From Actinomycetota bacterium (lineage in GTDB: Bacteria; Actinomycetota; Nitriliruptoria; Nitriliruptorales; Nitriliruptoraceae): a DNA stretch of 54,713 bases. Shown in pieces: positions 1 to 12,229 of this stretch; positions within the stretch are counted from its first letter, which is position 1, and each line of letters opens with the position of its first letter. The position numbers were made by a program, and so were the translations under genes. Where the stretch lies: assembly GCA_018335555.1 (NCBI GenBank), contig JAGXST010000221.1:1-54713 (forward strand). The letters run 5' to 3'. Below the pieces are notes generated by a model. The model was not told the DNA's origin and did no database searches. It saw only the letters and a list, made by a program, of their open reading frames with translations.

Positions 1-115
1 CCCTCGGTCGGTGACGTGGCCGTCTCCCGCCGACGGCCCGTACGACGTACTCGTACCACGTCGAGCGTGCCGATGGGAGGGCGTTTAGGGTGGGCGGGAG
101 CGGAAGGAACCGACG

Positions 116-1507
116 ATGAGCCAGCAGCCAGCCCCGGAATCGTGGATCGGCGCCAGCGCCACCGAGATGGCGGCCGCGGTCCGCGACGGCCGGGTCAGCG
201 CGCGCGCGTTGGCCGAGGCCCATCTCGACCACCTCGCCGCGGTCGAGCACCGGCTCGGTGCGTTCGTCACGGTGCGCCGACAGGCGGCGCTGGACGAGGC
301 CGAGGCCATCGACGGCCGCGACGACCGGGCCGACCTGCCGTTGGCGGGTGTCCCCGTCGCGGTCAAGGACATCGTCGACGTCGCCGGCGAGCCGACCCGT
401 TTCGGTTCACGGGCCACCTCGCCCGACCCGAAGGACGCCGACGAACAGATCGTGGCCCGCATCCGGGCCGCCGGTGCCGTGATCATCGGCAAGACCCGCT
501 GCCCGGAACTGTCGCTGTGGGGCACCTCGGACGACCCCGAGGGGATCGCGGTCAGCCCCTGGGACCCCTCCCGCACGGCGGGCGGGTCGTCGGGCGGCTC
601 GGCTGCGGCGGTCGCCGCAGGGGTGGTGCCGGTCGCGTTGGCCTCCGACGGCCTCGGCTCGGTGCGTATCCCGGCCGCCGCCTGCGGGCTGTTCGGCATC
701 AAGCCGGGCACCGACCTGGCTGCCGCGGTCGTGGACGGCGAGCACCACTGGTTCGGGATGAGCCGGTTCGGGCCGGTCGCCACCACCGTGGAGGATGCGG
801 CGCTGTTCCTCGACGTCATCGCCGGTACCGAGCGTCTGCGCGAGGTCACCGAGACCGCGCGGCCGCTGAGCATCGCGGTGTCGTGGGCGCCGCCGAGCCC
901 GACCGTGCAGATCCGCCGCCACTGGAAGGAGGTGGCGATCGAGGCCGGCCGGCTGCTGCGCTCGGCCGGGCACGCGGTCACCCGCGCGGACCCGGCTTAC
1001 GAACTGGCCACGGTGCCCGCGGTGCTGGCGCGCTGGGTCGGCGGCGCGGCCCGCGATCTCGATCTGCTCGACATCGACGAGGCGGCGTTGCAGCCGCGCA
1101 CCCGCCGCCACATCGCGATGGGGCAGGCCGTGCTCGAGCGCGACCTGGTCAGGCCCGAGCAGGCCGGCCACTGGCGCGACCGTCTCGGCGAGTTGTTCGA
1201 GGAACACGACGTGCTGGTGTTGCCGACGCTGGCCGGCGACCCGCTCAAGGCCACGACCTGGCACACGCAGGGTTGGACGTCGAACGCGATGGCCAACCTG
1301 CTCGCGTACCCGCTGACGGCGGCGTTCAACCTCGCCGACGTCCCCGCCGCCGCGGTGCCGCTGTGGCACCACAACGGCCGGCCGTTGTCGGTGCAGGTGG
1401 TGGCCGCACCGGGACGCGAGGACCTGGTGCTGTCGGTGGCCGCGGAACTGCAGCGGCTGCGGCCCTGGACGCGCCACGCGCCCGGGTGGGGCGTGCCGAC
1501 CTCGTAG
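116..1507 (+). CDS. Amidase (amidase signature family)
   Basis: GVPVAVKD, GGSSGGSAAAVA and SDGLGSVRIPAA amidase-signature motifs. Confidence 0.93.
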   Translation: MSQQPAPESWIGASATEMAAAVRDGRVSARALAEAHLDHLAAVEHRLGAFVTVRRQAALDEAEAIDGRDDRADLPLAGVPVAVKDIVDVAGEPTRFGSRATSPDPKDADEQIVARIRAAGAVIIGKTRCPELSLWGTSDDPEGIAVSPWDPSRTAGGSSGGSAAAVAAGVVPVALASDGLGSVRIPAAACGLFGIKPGTDLAAAVVDGEHHWFGMSRFGPVATTVEDAALFLDVIAGTERLREVTETARPLSIAVSWAPPSPTVQIRRHWKEVAIEAGRLLRSAGHAVTRADPAYELATVPAVLARWVGGAARDLDLLDIDEAALQPRTRRHIAMGQAVLERDLVRPEQAGHWRDRLGELFEEHDVLVLPTLAGDPLKATTWHTQGWTSNAMANLLAYPLTAAFNLADVPAAAVPLWHHNGRPLSVQVVAAPGREDLVLSVAAELQRLRPWTRHAPGWGVPTS

Positions 1508-1556
1508 TCGAGGTGGCCCGCCACACCGCCGGGCGCGCGGGTGGTGCGGGGGACGA

Positions 1557-2747
1557 TCAGCCGAAGCGGACCGAGGAGGGCACCACGCTGGCGGCGCCCC
1601 AGGCCCACTCGCTGCCCGCCAGGCGGTACAGGAACGCGGCGGTCTGCTGACGGGTGACCGGGTGGTGGCCGCCGAACTCGGTGTCGGTCAGGCCGGTGGT
1701 GATGCCGCGGTGGCGCAGCCAGGACACGGCGTCGCTGTCGCGGTCACGCACGTCGGTGAAGGGGTGTGCGGGGGCGCCGAGCGGCGCACCGACCAGCCGG
1801 TGCAGCATGTTGGCCATCTGCGTGCGCGACAGTGGCGTCTGGGGATCGAACCGGCCCTCGGTGCGGTCGACGACACCGGCCTCGGTCGCCCAGTTGAGCG
1901 CGTTGACGTAGTGGCCGTCGGCCGGCACGTCACGGAAGCCGTGGGGGGTGCTGCTGGCGGGCTCGTCCATCATCCGCCACAGGAACGCGATCATCTGGGC
2001 GCGGGTGACGGACTGGCCGGGACGGAAGGTGTCGTCGTTGAAGCCGGTCGTGATCTCGACGTCGGACGCCCAGGTGATCTCGCGGACGAAGCGGTGGCGC
2101 GAGCCGACGTCCTCGAACGGGCCGGGGGCGGCGGCCACGCGGGCCTCGCCGGCCGGCGGCGCGGTCCAGTACGAGGTCTGGCGGGCGGCGCCGGCACGCG
2201 AGAAGCTGAAGTGGATGTGGTCGGTGTGGGGGCTGTAGCCGCTGTAGGCGGTCCAGCCGGCGTCGGGGCGGTACGCGTTCCAGACCTTGCGGTTCCAGAT
2301 GATGTACATGACGCCGAAGCGACGGGCCATGGCGTGCTTGTTGCCGTGCTCGTCGGTCTTGAGCAGCCAGTTGAGGAACTCGTCGGCCTTGGCGCGGTCG
2401 CCCGCGTTGCCGGCGTTGAGCATCCAGTCGTAGGCGCGGCCTTCCTTGTGCTCGCTCCTGCCGCCCTGTGAGCAGCTACGCAGGATGCCGGCACCGTTGG
2501 CGCCGTACGCCTTCTGCAGCAGTGCGCGGAAGTCCTTGACGCCGGGTTGCTCGACGCTGGTGCATGAGGTCTGGCCCTCGTAGCGGGCGTAGGCGTCGAT
2601 GGCGGGTCCGAAGTCGCGGACCTGGGGGGGAGCGGCGAGGGCGGGTCCTGCGAGAGTTGCCAGCATCCCGGTCGTGAGGAGGGTGACGAGGAGGCGGCGG
2701 CGAAGAGTGGAAGTGCGACGCAAGAGGTTGGCCTTGATCGGGGGCAT
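1557..2747 (-). CDS. Secreted Zn-peptidase-like (M15-type) cell-wall protein with C-terminal SLH repeats
   Basis: Signal peptide ending ALA; SEHKEGRAYD and HTDHIHFS motifs; three SLH-like repeats (FRPGQSVTRAQM, FDPQTPLSRTQM, HPVTRQQTAAFL). Start placed at ATG 2747. Confidence 0.8.
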   Translation of the reverse strand: MPPIKANLLRRTSTLRRRLLVTLLTTGMLATLAGPALAAPPQVRDFGPAIDAYARYEGQTSCTSVEQPGVKDFRALLQKAYGANGAGILRSCSQGGRSEHKEGRAYDWMLNAGNAGDRAKADEFLNWLLKTDEHGNKHAMARRFGVMYIIWNRKVWNAYRPDAGWTAYSGYSPHTDHIHFSFSRAGAARQTSYWTAPPAGEARVAAAPGPFEDVGSRHRFVREITWASDVEITTGFNDDTFRPGQSVTRAQMIAFLWRMMDEPASSTPHGFRDVPADGHYVNALNWATEAGVVDRTEGRFDPQTPLSRTQMANMLHRLVGAPLGAPAHPFTDVRDRDSDAVSWLRHRGITTGLTDTEFGGHHPVTRQQTAAFLYRLAGSEWAWGAASVVPSSVRFG

Positions 2748-2861
2748 GGGATCGGCACCGCCGTGCTGGCCGGTACCACCGCGTCCCGAGGCACCTCGCG
2801 CGGGCCTCGTTGTGCGGCGCATGCGGGGAGGTCCTGCATGCGATCTCCCCGACCGGAAGTC

Positions 2862-3068
2862 CATGGCCGGGGAGCTGATCAAGGGACGGCCGGTGGTCAT
2901 CCCTCAGGGGTTGCGTCGGGGAGTAGAGCCCATCGCTGTAGGGAAAGGCCCGCCGAAGCGTGAGGTTGGGCGATCATCGAACAGCGGGAACTAATGGGCT
3001 ACAACCCTGCGTACGCGCCCCTGAAGTCACATTTGCGTAGGGCCGTTCGTCCCCTGCAGTGCCCGGTC
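2862..3068 (+). ncRNA. Candidate rod-like structured RNA (6S/Ms1-like)
   Basis: Five nested helices between 2885 and 3047 with a central bubble; G-U pairs favour the + strand; intergenic; boundaries approximate. Confidence 0.5.
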
Positions 3069-3190
3069 CGGGCAGGCGCGTGCGGCCTCCGCAGAACCGG
3101 ATGGCACCGAACCGGCCGCCGCCGGGAAGTGCGCGCTCCTCGCCCGATGTGGGCCGCAACGCGTCGCAGCCCGGTCTCAGGCGGTGCGGG

Positions 3191-4327
3191 TCACAGGTCG
3201 TCGGCCTCGATGGGATGCCCGGGTGGGCCCATCGGCTCGGGCGGCGCGCCCGGCTCGGTCACGGCGTCGGCCTCGGCGCGCAGCCTCAGTTCGTTGCCGA
3301 TGGCCGAGACGACCGCCGCCACGGGTACGGCGAGGAAGGCGCCCACGATGCCGGCGAGCGCGGCGCCGCCGGTCAGGGCCGACAGGATCACCACCGGATG
3401 CAGGGCGACCGCGCGGCGCATGATGACCGGCTGCAGCACGTTGCCCTCGAACTGCTGCACCGCCACCACGATGGCGAGCATGATCAGCGCCTTCTGCAGC
3501 CCTCCGGCGGCCAGCGCCACCAGCACGGCCAGCAGGCCGGTCAGGAAGGCGCCGATGACCGGGATGAAGCTGCCGAGGAACACCAGCAGGGCGATCGGCA
3601 GCACCAGCGGGATCTGCAGCACGGCCAGCCCGACACCGATGCCGATCGCGTCGATGAGGGCGACCGCCGCGGTACCGCGCACGAACCCGGCCAGGGCGGC
3701 CCAGGCGCGACGGCCGACGGCGCTGATGGTGTCGCGGTGGTCGGCGGGGCTGCGGGCCTGGAACCAGGCCACGATCTGCTCGCCGTCCTTGACGAAGAAG
3801 AACAACAGCACGATGGCCAGCAGCAGCGCCGCGATCCCCTGGACGATCGCTGCCGCGCCGGTCAGGACGGTGCCGGCGACCTCGCCGCCGCTCTCCTGCG
3901 CCCGCGCGGTGAGTTGCTGGACGTAGCCGGTGATCTCCTCGCGGTTCCAGTCGAAGTTGGTCTCGAGGTAGGTGAACAGCGTGTCGACGGCCTCCAACAC
4001 GGTGGGTCGCAGTTCCTGCACCTGCTCGACGAACGCGGGGGTGAGCAGTGCGACCAGGCCGCTCAGTGCGAGCAGGCCGCCGCCGACCACGATCAGGGCC
4101 GCCGGCGCCCGGGGCAGACCGCGACGCTCGAGTGCGCGGGCCGGGGGGACGCACAACGTGCACAGGATCAGCGCGATGATGATCGGCAGGGTCACCAGCG
4201 ACAGCCGCATCATCACGTACAGGGCCGCGATGGCGCCGACCAGCAGGACCAGCAGACGCCAGCCCCACGACGCGCCCGTCAGCAGCCACGCGGGGACGCG
4301 CGCCGACTCGTCGGTGTCATCGTTCAT
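3191..4327 (-). CDS. AI-2E family (PerM-like) transporter
   Basis: Multi-TM protein with LLFFFVKDG, SFIPVIG, QQFEGNVLQP, ALHP motifs; true start MNDD at 4327 inside the long ORF. Confidence 0.9.
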   Translation of the reverse strand: MNDDTDESARVPAWLLTGASWGWRLLVLLVGAIAALYVMMRLSLVTLPIIIALILCTLCVPPARALERRGLPRAPAALIVVGGGLLALSGLVALLTPAFVEQVQELRPTVLEAVDTLFTYLETNFDWNREEITGYVQQLTARAQESGGEVAGTVLTGAAAIVQGIAALLLAIVLLFFFVKDGEQIVAWFQARSPADHRDTISAVGRRAWAALAGFVRGTAAVALIDAIGIGVGLAVLQIPLVLPIALLVFLGSFIPVIGAFLTGLLAVLVALAAGGLQKALIMLAIVVAVQQFEGNVLQPVIMRRAVALHPVVILSALTGGAALAGIVGAFLAVPVAAVVSAIGNELRLRAEADAVTEPGAPPEPMGPPGHPIEADDL

Positions 4328-4462
4328 GGTGCCCCGCGTGCTCGACGTCGGCGCAGCGTAGGCGGGGGCGGGCCCGGGCGAGGGACCGTCGCCGCCGGGG
4401 ATACCGTGGCGGGGTCGAGCATCCCGGTACCTCGGAAGAGCCCCGAGGCAGGAGTGGCACCC

Positions 4463-4867
4463 GTGGCCGAGCAGCGCCGCCCTTCGAAGCTGACCGTGAT
4501 CGGCCGCGGCATGCTCGGCCGCTGCCCGCACTGCGGTGGCCGCGGCATCTTCGCCAGCGTCAACGAACTGAGAGACGCCTGCCCGACCTGCGGGTTCTCG
4601 TTCGTGCGCGAGGAGGGCTACTGGGTCGGCGCGATGACGGTGATCATGGCGGTGATCCTCCTCGTGTTCGGCGCCTGGTTCGTCGGCGGGATGCTGCTGA
4701 CCTGGCCCGACGTGCCCTGGACGTTGCTGATGATCGGCGGGCTGGTCCTCAACGGGCTCGTGCCGTTCACGCTGTACGGGTGGGCGAAGGCGATCTGGGT
4801 CGGACTCGACCTCGCCTTCACGCCCGCCCGCGCGGAGGAGTTCGGCGCCGGACCGCCGTCCGCGTAG
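4463..4867 (+). CDS. DUF983-like membrane protein with Zn-ribbon
   Basis: RCPHCGGRGIF and CPTCG, two TM helices; GGAG RBS before GTG 4463. Confidence 0.8.
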   Translation: MAEQRRPSKLTVIGRGMLGRCPHCGGRGIFASVNELRDACPTCGFSFVREEGYWVGAMTVIMAVILLVFGAWFVGGMLLTWPDVPWTLLMIGGLVLNGLVPFTLYGWAKAIWVGLDLAFTPARAEEFGAGPPSA

Positions 4868-4993
4868 CCGCCGGCCGCGTAGCCGCCCCACATCGGGGTC
4901 CAAGTTCCCTACTGCCGGCCGGCGGCCACGCCTACCATTTCCGCCCCGTGCGGCGCAGGCACGCACGACTCCGCACCTGAATCGAGGTGACGA

Positions 4994-6259
4994 GTGGACC
5001 AGCAGACGGCGAAGCGCGAGCACCGTGGGGAAGGGGACCCGACGGTCGAGCAGGGTGGGCAGACGCCTGGCGCCCTGGAGACCGTCGTCGCCCGCCTGCG
5101 GGCCGACAACGAGGGTCTGCGGACCTCGCTGCGCCACCGTGCCGTCATCGAGCAGGCCAAGGGCGTGCTGATCGCGCGCACCGGTTGCTCGCCGGACCAG
5201 GCCTTCGAACGGCTGGTGCAGCACTCGCAGCGTGCCAACCAGAAACTCGTGCGCGTCGCGGCCGCCGTGGTCGGCGCCGCGGTCACCGCCCGCTCGCCCG
5301 TCGCCGTGGCCGACGGCTTCGACATCGGGGCCCTGTTTGCGCCGGTCGACGGCCAGCCCAGCGCCACCGCCCGGGCCGACGAGCGGCTCGCGGGAGCGGC
5401 GCTCGAGGCGGCGCTCGACCTGCACGAGTTGGCGCAGACCATCGCGTTCGAGGCCGCGCTCGACCTCGGCCCCGAGGCGGCGCTGCTGGGTGCGCTCGAG
5501 CCGGACGGTGCGGTGCGACTGGTGGCCGGGGTCGGCTACGACGGGCAGATGATGTCGGCCTGGCACCGCATCCCACCCACCGTCGAGGTGCCACTGATCG
5601 CCGCGGCCCGCACCCACCGGCCGGTGCTGCTGGCCGATGTCGCCACCCGCGTCGAGCAGTTTCCGGCCACGGCCACCATCCCGTCCACCTTCGAGGCCCA
5701 GGCCAGCATCCCGATGCGCGCCAACGGCAGCACGGTCGGCGTGATCGGGCTGTCGTGGGCCGACGTGCGCACGTTCGACGCCGCCGACGAACGTCGCCTG
5801 ACGGCCATCGCCGAGCAGGCGGTCGGTCCGTTTCTGCGCCTGCTCCGCGCCGGCGGTGACGACCTGCCCCAGGTGGCCGTCGAGGTCATGCGCACCCGCT
5901 GGTTCCAGGCCGCGCTCGACGCCGTGCTCGCCCCCGCGTTCCTGCTCACCCCGGTCCGCGACGCGGCCGGGACCCTCGTCGACTTCGAGGTGGCCTACGT
6001 CAACCGGCAGGGGCTCGGCGACGTCGCGCCCGACCGGATCGTGGGTCAGACCGTGCTCGCCCTGTACCCGCGCACGGCCGGCACCCACATGTTCGACGTC
6101 TTCCGCGAGGTGCTCGACAGCGGCGCGCCCGCCCACCTCGAGCGGGTCCCCGCCGCTGAACTCGTCGACGGCACTCCGGTCTCGGGCGCCGCGGTGGAGT
6201 TGTCGGTCGCGCCGCTCGGCGACGGCCTGCTGGTGAGTTGGCGCTTCCACGACGCCTGA
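4994..6259 (+). CDS. ANTAR-GAF-PAS regulatory protein
   Basis: RAVIEQAKGVL..AFERL..SQRANQKL ANTAR motif; central GAF-like region; C-terminal DFEVAYVN PAS-like region. Confidence 0.85.
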   Translation: MDQQTAKREHRGEGDPTVEQGGQTPGALETVVARLRADNEGLRTSLRHRAVIEQAKGVLIARTGCSPDQAFERLVQHSQRANQKLVRVAAAVVGAAVTARSPVAVADGFDIGALFAPVDGQPSATARADERLAGAALEAALDLHELAQTIAFEAALDLGPEAALLGALEPDGAVRLVAGVGYDGQMMSAWHRIPPTVEVPLIAAARTHRPVLLADVATRVEQFPATATIPSTFEAQASIPMRANGSTVGVIGLSWADVRTFDAADERRLTAIAEQAVGPFLRLLRAGGDDLPQVAVEVMRTRWFQAALDAVLAPAFLLTPVRDAAGTLVDFEVAYVNRQGLGDVAPDRIVGQTVLALYPRTAGTHMFDVFREVLDSGAPAHLERVPAAELVDGTPVSGAAVELSVAPLGDGLLVSWRFHDA

Positions 6260-6275
6260 TCTCACTGGTAGACGC

Positions 6276-6881
6276 TCAGCGGATGCCGTCGGTGGCGGCG
6301 AGCCGGTGATCGAGTTCGTCGAGGTCGGCGAGCAGCACCTCGCTGTCCTCGACGTCGTCGAGTTGGGCGGCGATGCCACGTGCCTGCGCGGCCCAACGGC
6401 GGGCGGCGTCGGGGTCGCCGCCGACCAGCGCGGCGCGGGCCAGCGCCTCGCAGGCGGCACCTGCGAGGAAGCCGGTGATGCCGGCGGCGCGGCACAGCGC
6501 CAGGGCCCGTTGGGCGTGCCAGGCGGCCGGTTCGGCCCGGCCGAGCACGGCGTAGACCCGGGCGCACTGCCACTCGCCGGTCGCGAGGCGGTCGACGTCC
6601 CCGCCGGCGGCGGTCCAGTGGAACCGCGAGGCGTGCGCGGTGTGGAGCAACTCGTCGTCGAGGTCGGGGGTGCGCTCGGTCACCGCGAGCAGGTCCCACG
6701 CGCGGTTGAACAGCGCGATCGCGACGCGCCGGTGCTGCTCGGCGCTCAGCGCCGTCTGAGCCGTCGCCAGCGGCGTGACGGTGGCCGACGAGTCGTCGGA
6801 GCGGCCCGGCGCCACCGGCTCGGTGAAGGCGGCCGGGACCCGCCCGTCGCCGGCGGGTCGGGAGCTCGGGGTGGTGGTCAT
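6276..6881 (-). CDS. Conserved hypothetical alpha-helical protein
   Basis: LFNRAWDLL, AHASRFHW, GEWQCARVY motifs; host-like codon use. Confidence 0.7.
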   Translation of the reverse strand: MTTTPSSRPAGDGRVPAAFTEPVAPGRSDDSSATVTPLATAQTALSAEQHRRVAIALFNRAWDLLAVTERTPDLDDELLHTAHASRFHWTAAGGDVDRLATGEWQCARVYAVLGRAEPAAWHAQRALALCRAAGITGFLAGAACEALARAALVGGDPDAARRWAAQARGIAAQLDDVEDSEVLLADLDELDHRLAATDGIR

Positions 6882-7035
6882 CGTGCGCGGCTTCCGGCGT
6901 CCCTGCGGCGCTCACCGTGTGCGCCTCGCACCAGCCTGCGCCATGCCGACCCCTTCCGCACCCACGACCGTCCGTCCTCGCCGACCTCGTGCGCGTCCTG
7001 CGCGCTGTGCAACCACGGCAAGCGGTGGACGGCCC

Positions 7036-7044
7036 TGTGGACAA
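7036..7044 (-). promoter_or_regulatory. DnaA box upstream of nrdJ
   Basis: TGTGGACAA is the reverse complement of the actinobacterial DnaA box TTGTCCACA; single copy. Confidence 0.5.
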
Positions 7045-7099
7045 CTGGTGTCAGGGTTGTGTGAAACCCTGGGGATCGAGCGAGGCACAAGCTGTGAAA

Positions 7100-7148
7100 T
7101 CACAACATGTTGTGGTCCGAGAGGGTTTCGGCCTACTACTCCTTGTGT
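7100..7148. promoter_or_regulatory. Tandem NrdR boxes
   Basis: Palindromic TCACAACATGTTGTGG at 7100-7115 and weaker CTACTACTCCTTGTGT at 7133-7148, upstream of a ribonucleotide reductase. Confidence 0.8.
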
Positions 7149-7349
7149 GACGGCCGTGCTCCAGACGACTTAGTTGCTTGCGTCCTCCCCGCCTTGGCGC
7201 AACAGTGGGCGACCCGGTCACACCCGTGTAGTTACATCTCTGAGACTCGCTGATCGACCGGCCGCGGCCTCACCAGTCGCACCTCGCAAAGACGAACACG
7301 ACGAGCGGGCGGCCCGGCAGGGGCCGACACACACCAAGGAGTGCGCCGA

Positions 7350-10163
<2,814 letters not shown>

Positions 10164-10233
10164 TGTGCATCGTCAGCTGACGTCAGTCGGGTTCCGGTCA
10201 CCGGATGTCAGTACCAGCGTCAGGGGATGTCAG
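10164..10233 (+). repeat. Transposon left end: 8-bp terminus plus three TnsB-type binding sites
   Basis: GTCAGCTGACGTCAG 10172-10186, GTCACCGGATGTCAG 10197-10211, GTCAGGGGATGTCAG 10219-10233. Confidence 0.9.
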
Positions 10234-10282
10234 TACCGCCGCGGCGGTGCGGCATCCCCTGACGCCGTGAGGGGGAGAAGCC

Positions 10283-10678
10283 GTGCCACCCCGCTTCTCT
10301 CCGCGCGATCTCGTCACCCCACCCGAGGCGTTCTGGAACGACGAAGTTGATGGCGTCTGGGCCGCTCCGCGCTCCAGCGAGGAAGCCGAGCAGCTGCTCG
10401 TCGCCTACTACCTGTCGCAGGTGAGCCGCAACGTCGCCGCCGTGCTGCGCGAGGTCGGCTGGACCCGAGGCGACCTGGCCGACGCGATTGGCGAGGACGC
10501 GCGGAACCTGCGGCGCAAGGTCAACGGCGAGTACCCGGCGATGTTCGAGGACGTCCTACGCTGGGCCCTCGCCCTCGACCGCCCCGACATCGTCTACGCC
10601 CCGAACAGCACGGCCGAGTTGGCGCCGACCGGCATGCTCGACCAGGTTCGGGAGGGCCTTGGCTGGGATCGGACCTGA
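10283..10678 (+). CDS. XRE-like HTH protein
   Basis: WTRGDLADAIGEDARNLRRKVNGE helix-turn-helix pattern; GAGGGGGAG RBS. Confidence 0.7.
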   Translation: MPPRFSPRDLVTPPEAFWNDEVDGVWAAPRSSEEAEQLLVAYYLSQVSRNVAAVLREVGWTRGDLADAIGEDARNLRRKVNGEYPAMFEDVLRWALALDRPDIVYAPNSTAELAPTGMLDQVREGLGWDRT

Positions 10679-10715
10679 GCCACAGCGCCGCACCGACCGG
10701 GGGAACCACCGGAGA

Positions 10716-11069
10716 TCATGCACCGTTTGCCTGCGACCAGTCAAACATCTGCTCGATCTTGGCGGCTGCGGCGGGGACGCCGTTGAGGCCCCCGTATTCG
10801 AGTAGCGTCATCCCATCGAGCCCAGGTGCCGGGGTGTGCAGTATTGCTTCGATTCGGTCGCTGGTGATGTGTCGGGCAAGCAGTTCGTGCAGGCGCTGCT
10901 CGATGGCGGGATCGGTGAGCGAGAGCTTCGACGGTTCCCGCTCGGCCGCCCGTTGGGCGAGTTCTGCACGCACCCTTGCCCGCTCGGGTGTCATGCGGGT
11001 CAGTCGCTCGAACCGCCCTGGGCCGTAGAGCGATTCGTCTTCGTCGGCCGGATCACGAGTTCCCATCAA
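10716..11069 (-). CDS. Hypothetical protein, possible Xre/MbcA/ParS-type antitoxin C-terminal domain
   Basis: ILHTPAPGLDGMTLLE resembles the W/L-x-x-P-x-x-x-LdG-x-tPle motif; GGAG RBS. Confidence 0.5.
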   Translation of the reverse strand: MMGTRDPADEDESLYGPGRFERLTRMTPERARVRAELAQRAAEREPSKLSLTDPAIEQRLHELLARHITSDRIEAILHTPAPGLDGMTLLEYGGLNGVPAAAAKIEQMFDWSQANGA

Positions 11070-11240
11070 GCTCTCCGAACTTCAGCAGTCTCACCGATCG
11101 TTCGCCCGGCACGGGACGCCCCTCAGTATCCCACGGCCGCCCCTGTCCGTCAGCGCCTCGCCCCGTGCGATCGCGTTGGGAGCGAGTCGCGCGCCGACGG
11201 GCGGATACGGCGGTTATGCGCGGGTTCGACGGCCATCCGT

Positions 11241-11654
11241 TCAGGGTTGCTCGGCGGTGGCGGGCGTGGGGATGGCGACACAGACGTCGTCGCGGCAGTC
11301 GGCCGGGTCGAGCGTGGCGAGCCGTCCGCGAAGGGCGAGCAGCTCGGTACGGGTGTGTTCGAGTTCGGCGAGCCGTCGGTCGAGCTGTCCGATGCGTTGG
11401 TCGACGAGGTCGGCGACGTGGTCGCAGGGTGGTTGGCCGCCGTCGCGGATGGTGAGGATCTCCCGGATCTGGGCGAGGGTGAGGCCGGCGGCCTGTGCTT
11501 GGCGGATGAAGGCGACGCGGTCCACGGCGGGGTGGGGGTAGTCGCGGTAGCCGGCTGGGGTGCGGTCGGGTTCTGGGAGCAGCCCGTCGGTCTCGTAGAA
11601 CCGCAGCGTCTTGGTGCTCACGCCGGTGCGTGTGGCGAGCTCGCCGATCAACAT
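11241..11654 (-). CDS. MerR-family heavy-metal-responsive regulator
   Basis: IGELA..TLRFYE..GYRDY HTH; Cys in PCDHV and C-terminal CRDDVC. Confidence 0.93.
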   Translation of the reverse strand: MLIGELATRTGVSTKTLRFYETDGLLPEPDRTPAGYRDYPHPAVDRVAFIRQAQAAGLTLAQIREILTIRDGGQPPCDHVADLVDQRIGQLDRRLAELEHTRTELLALRGRLATLDPADCRDDVCVAIPTPATAEQP

Positions 11655-11666
11655 CCGGATCTCCTC

Positions 11667-11698
11667 TTGACCTTCCAGTGTGGTGGAAGCCGTAGCGT
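11667..11698 (+). promoter_or_regulatory. MerR-type promoter/operator
   Basis: -35 TTGACC, 20-bp spacer carrying the dyad CTTCCA-N6-TGGAAG, -10 TAGCGT. Confidence 0.8.
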
Positions 11699-11729
11699 CA
11701 CCGTACCGAGACGGCTGGGAGGCACGCTG

Positions 11730-12020
11730 ATGGGTGTGACGTTGCGGTACTTCGATGGGTGCCCGAACTGGGAGGTCGCCGATCAGCGGTTGCGCAGCTT
11801 GGCGGACGAGGTCGGTTTCACGCTCCGCTACGAGCAGGTCGAGTCGCCCGAGGAGGCCGAGCGGCTGGGGTTCGCCGGTTCACCGACGGTGCTGGTCGAC
11901 GGCGTCGATCCGTTCGCGACCGGGGACGAGCCGACCGGGCTGGCCTGCCGGGTCTACGCGACCGACGACGGTCCGCAAGGCTCACCCGGCCTCGGGCAGC
12001 TCCGTGCGGTGCTCGCGTGA
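11730..12020 (+). CDS. Small thioredoxin/glutaredoxin-like protein (mer-associated type)
   Basis: YFDGCPNW, GSPTVLVDGVDPF, CRVY motifs; GGAGG RBS. Confidence 0.85.
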   Translation: MGVTLRYFDGCPNWEVADQRLRSLADEVGFTLRYEQVESPEEAERLGFAGSPTVLVDGVDPFATGDEPTGLACRVYATDDGPQGSPGLGQLRAVLA

Positions 12021-12229
12021 CAGGCGCTCGCGGGATGCTGGCGGCTGTGGTGTCGGTGGCGGTGTGTTGCGGGGTGGCGTGGCTGCTGGTGGCTGCGGGG
12101 GTGATCGGCGCCGCCGGCGGGCTGTTGTCGAGCCCGGAGTTGACCGTGGCTGCGGTCGCCGTGACCGGTTGGGCGGTGATCCGTGTGGTGGTCAGGCTGT
12201 ATCGAGCACGGGTCGAGGAGACACGATGA
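12017..12229 (+). CDS. Small membrane protein with Cys-Cys pair (MerE/MerF-like)
   Basis: AVCCG in the first of two hydrophobic helices; GTGA and ATGA overlaps with both neighbours. Confidence 0.6.
   Translation: MTGARGMLAAVVSVAVCCGVAWLLVAAGVIGAAGGLLSSPELTVAAVAVTGWAVIRVVVRLYRARVEETR

Noticed and set aside
2750-3180. c-di-AMP or glycine riboswitch for the SLH peptidase
   Set aside because: Consensus elements not found on the gene's strand; the structure favours the opposite strand
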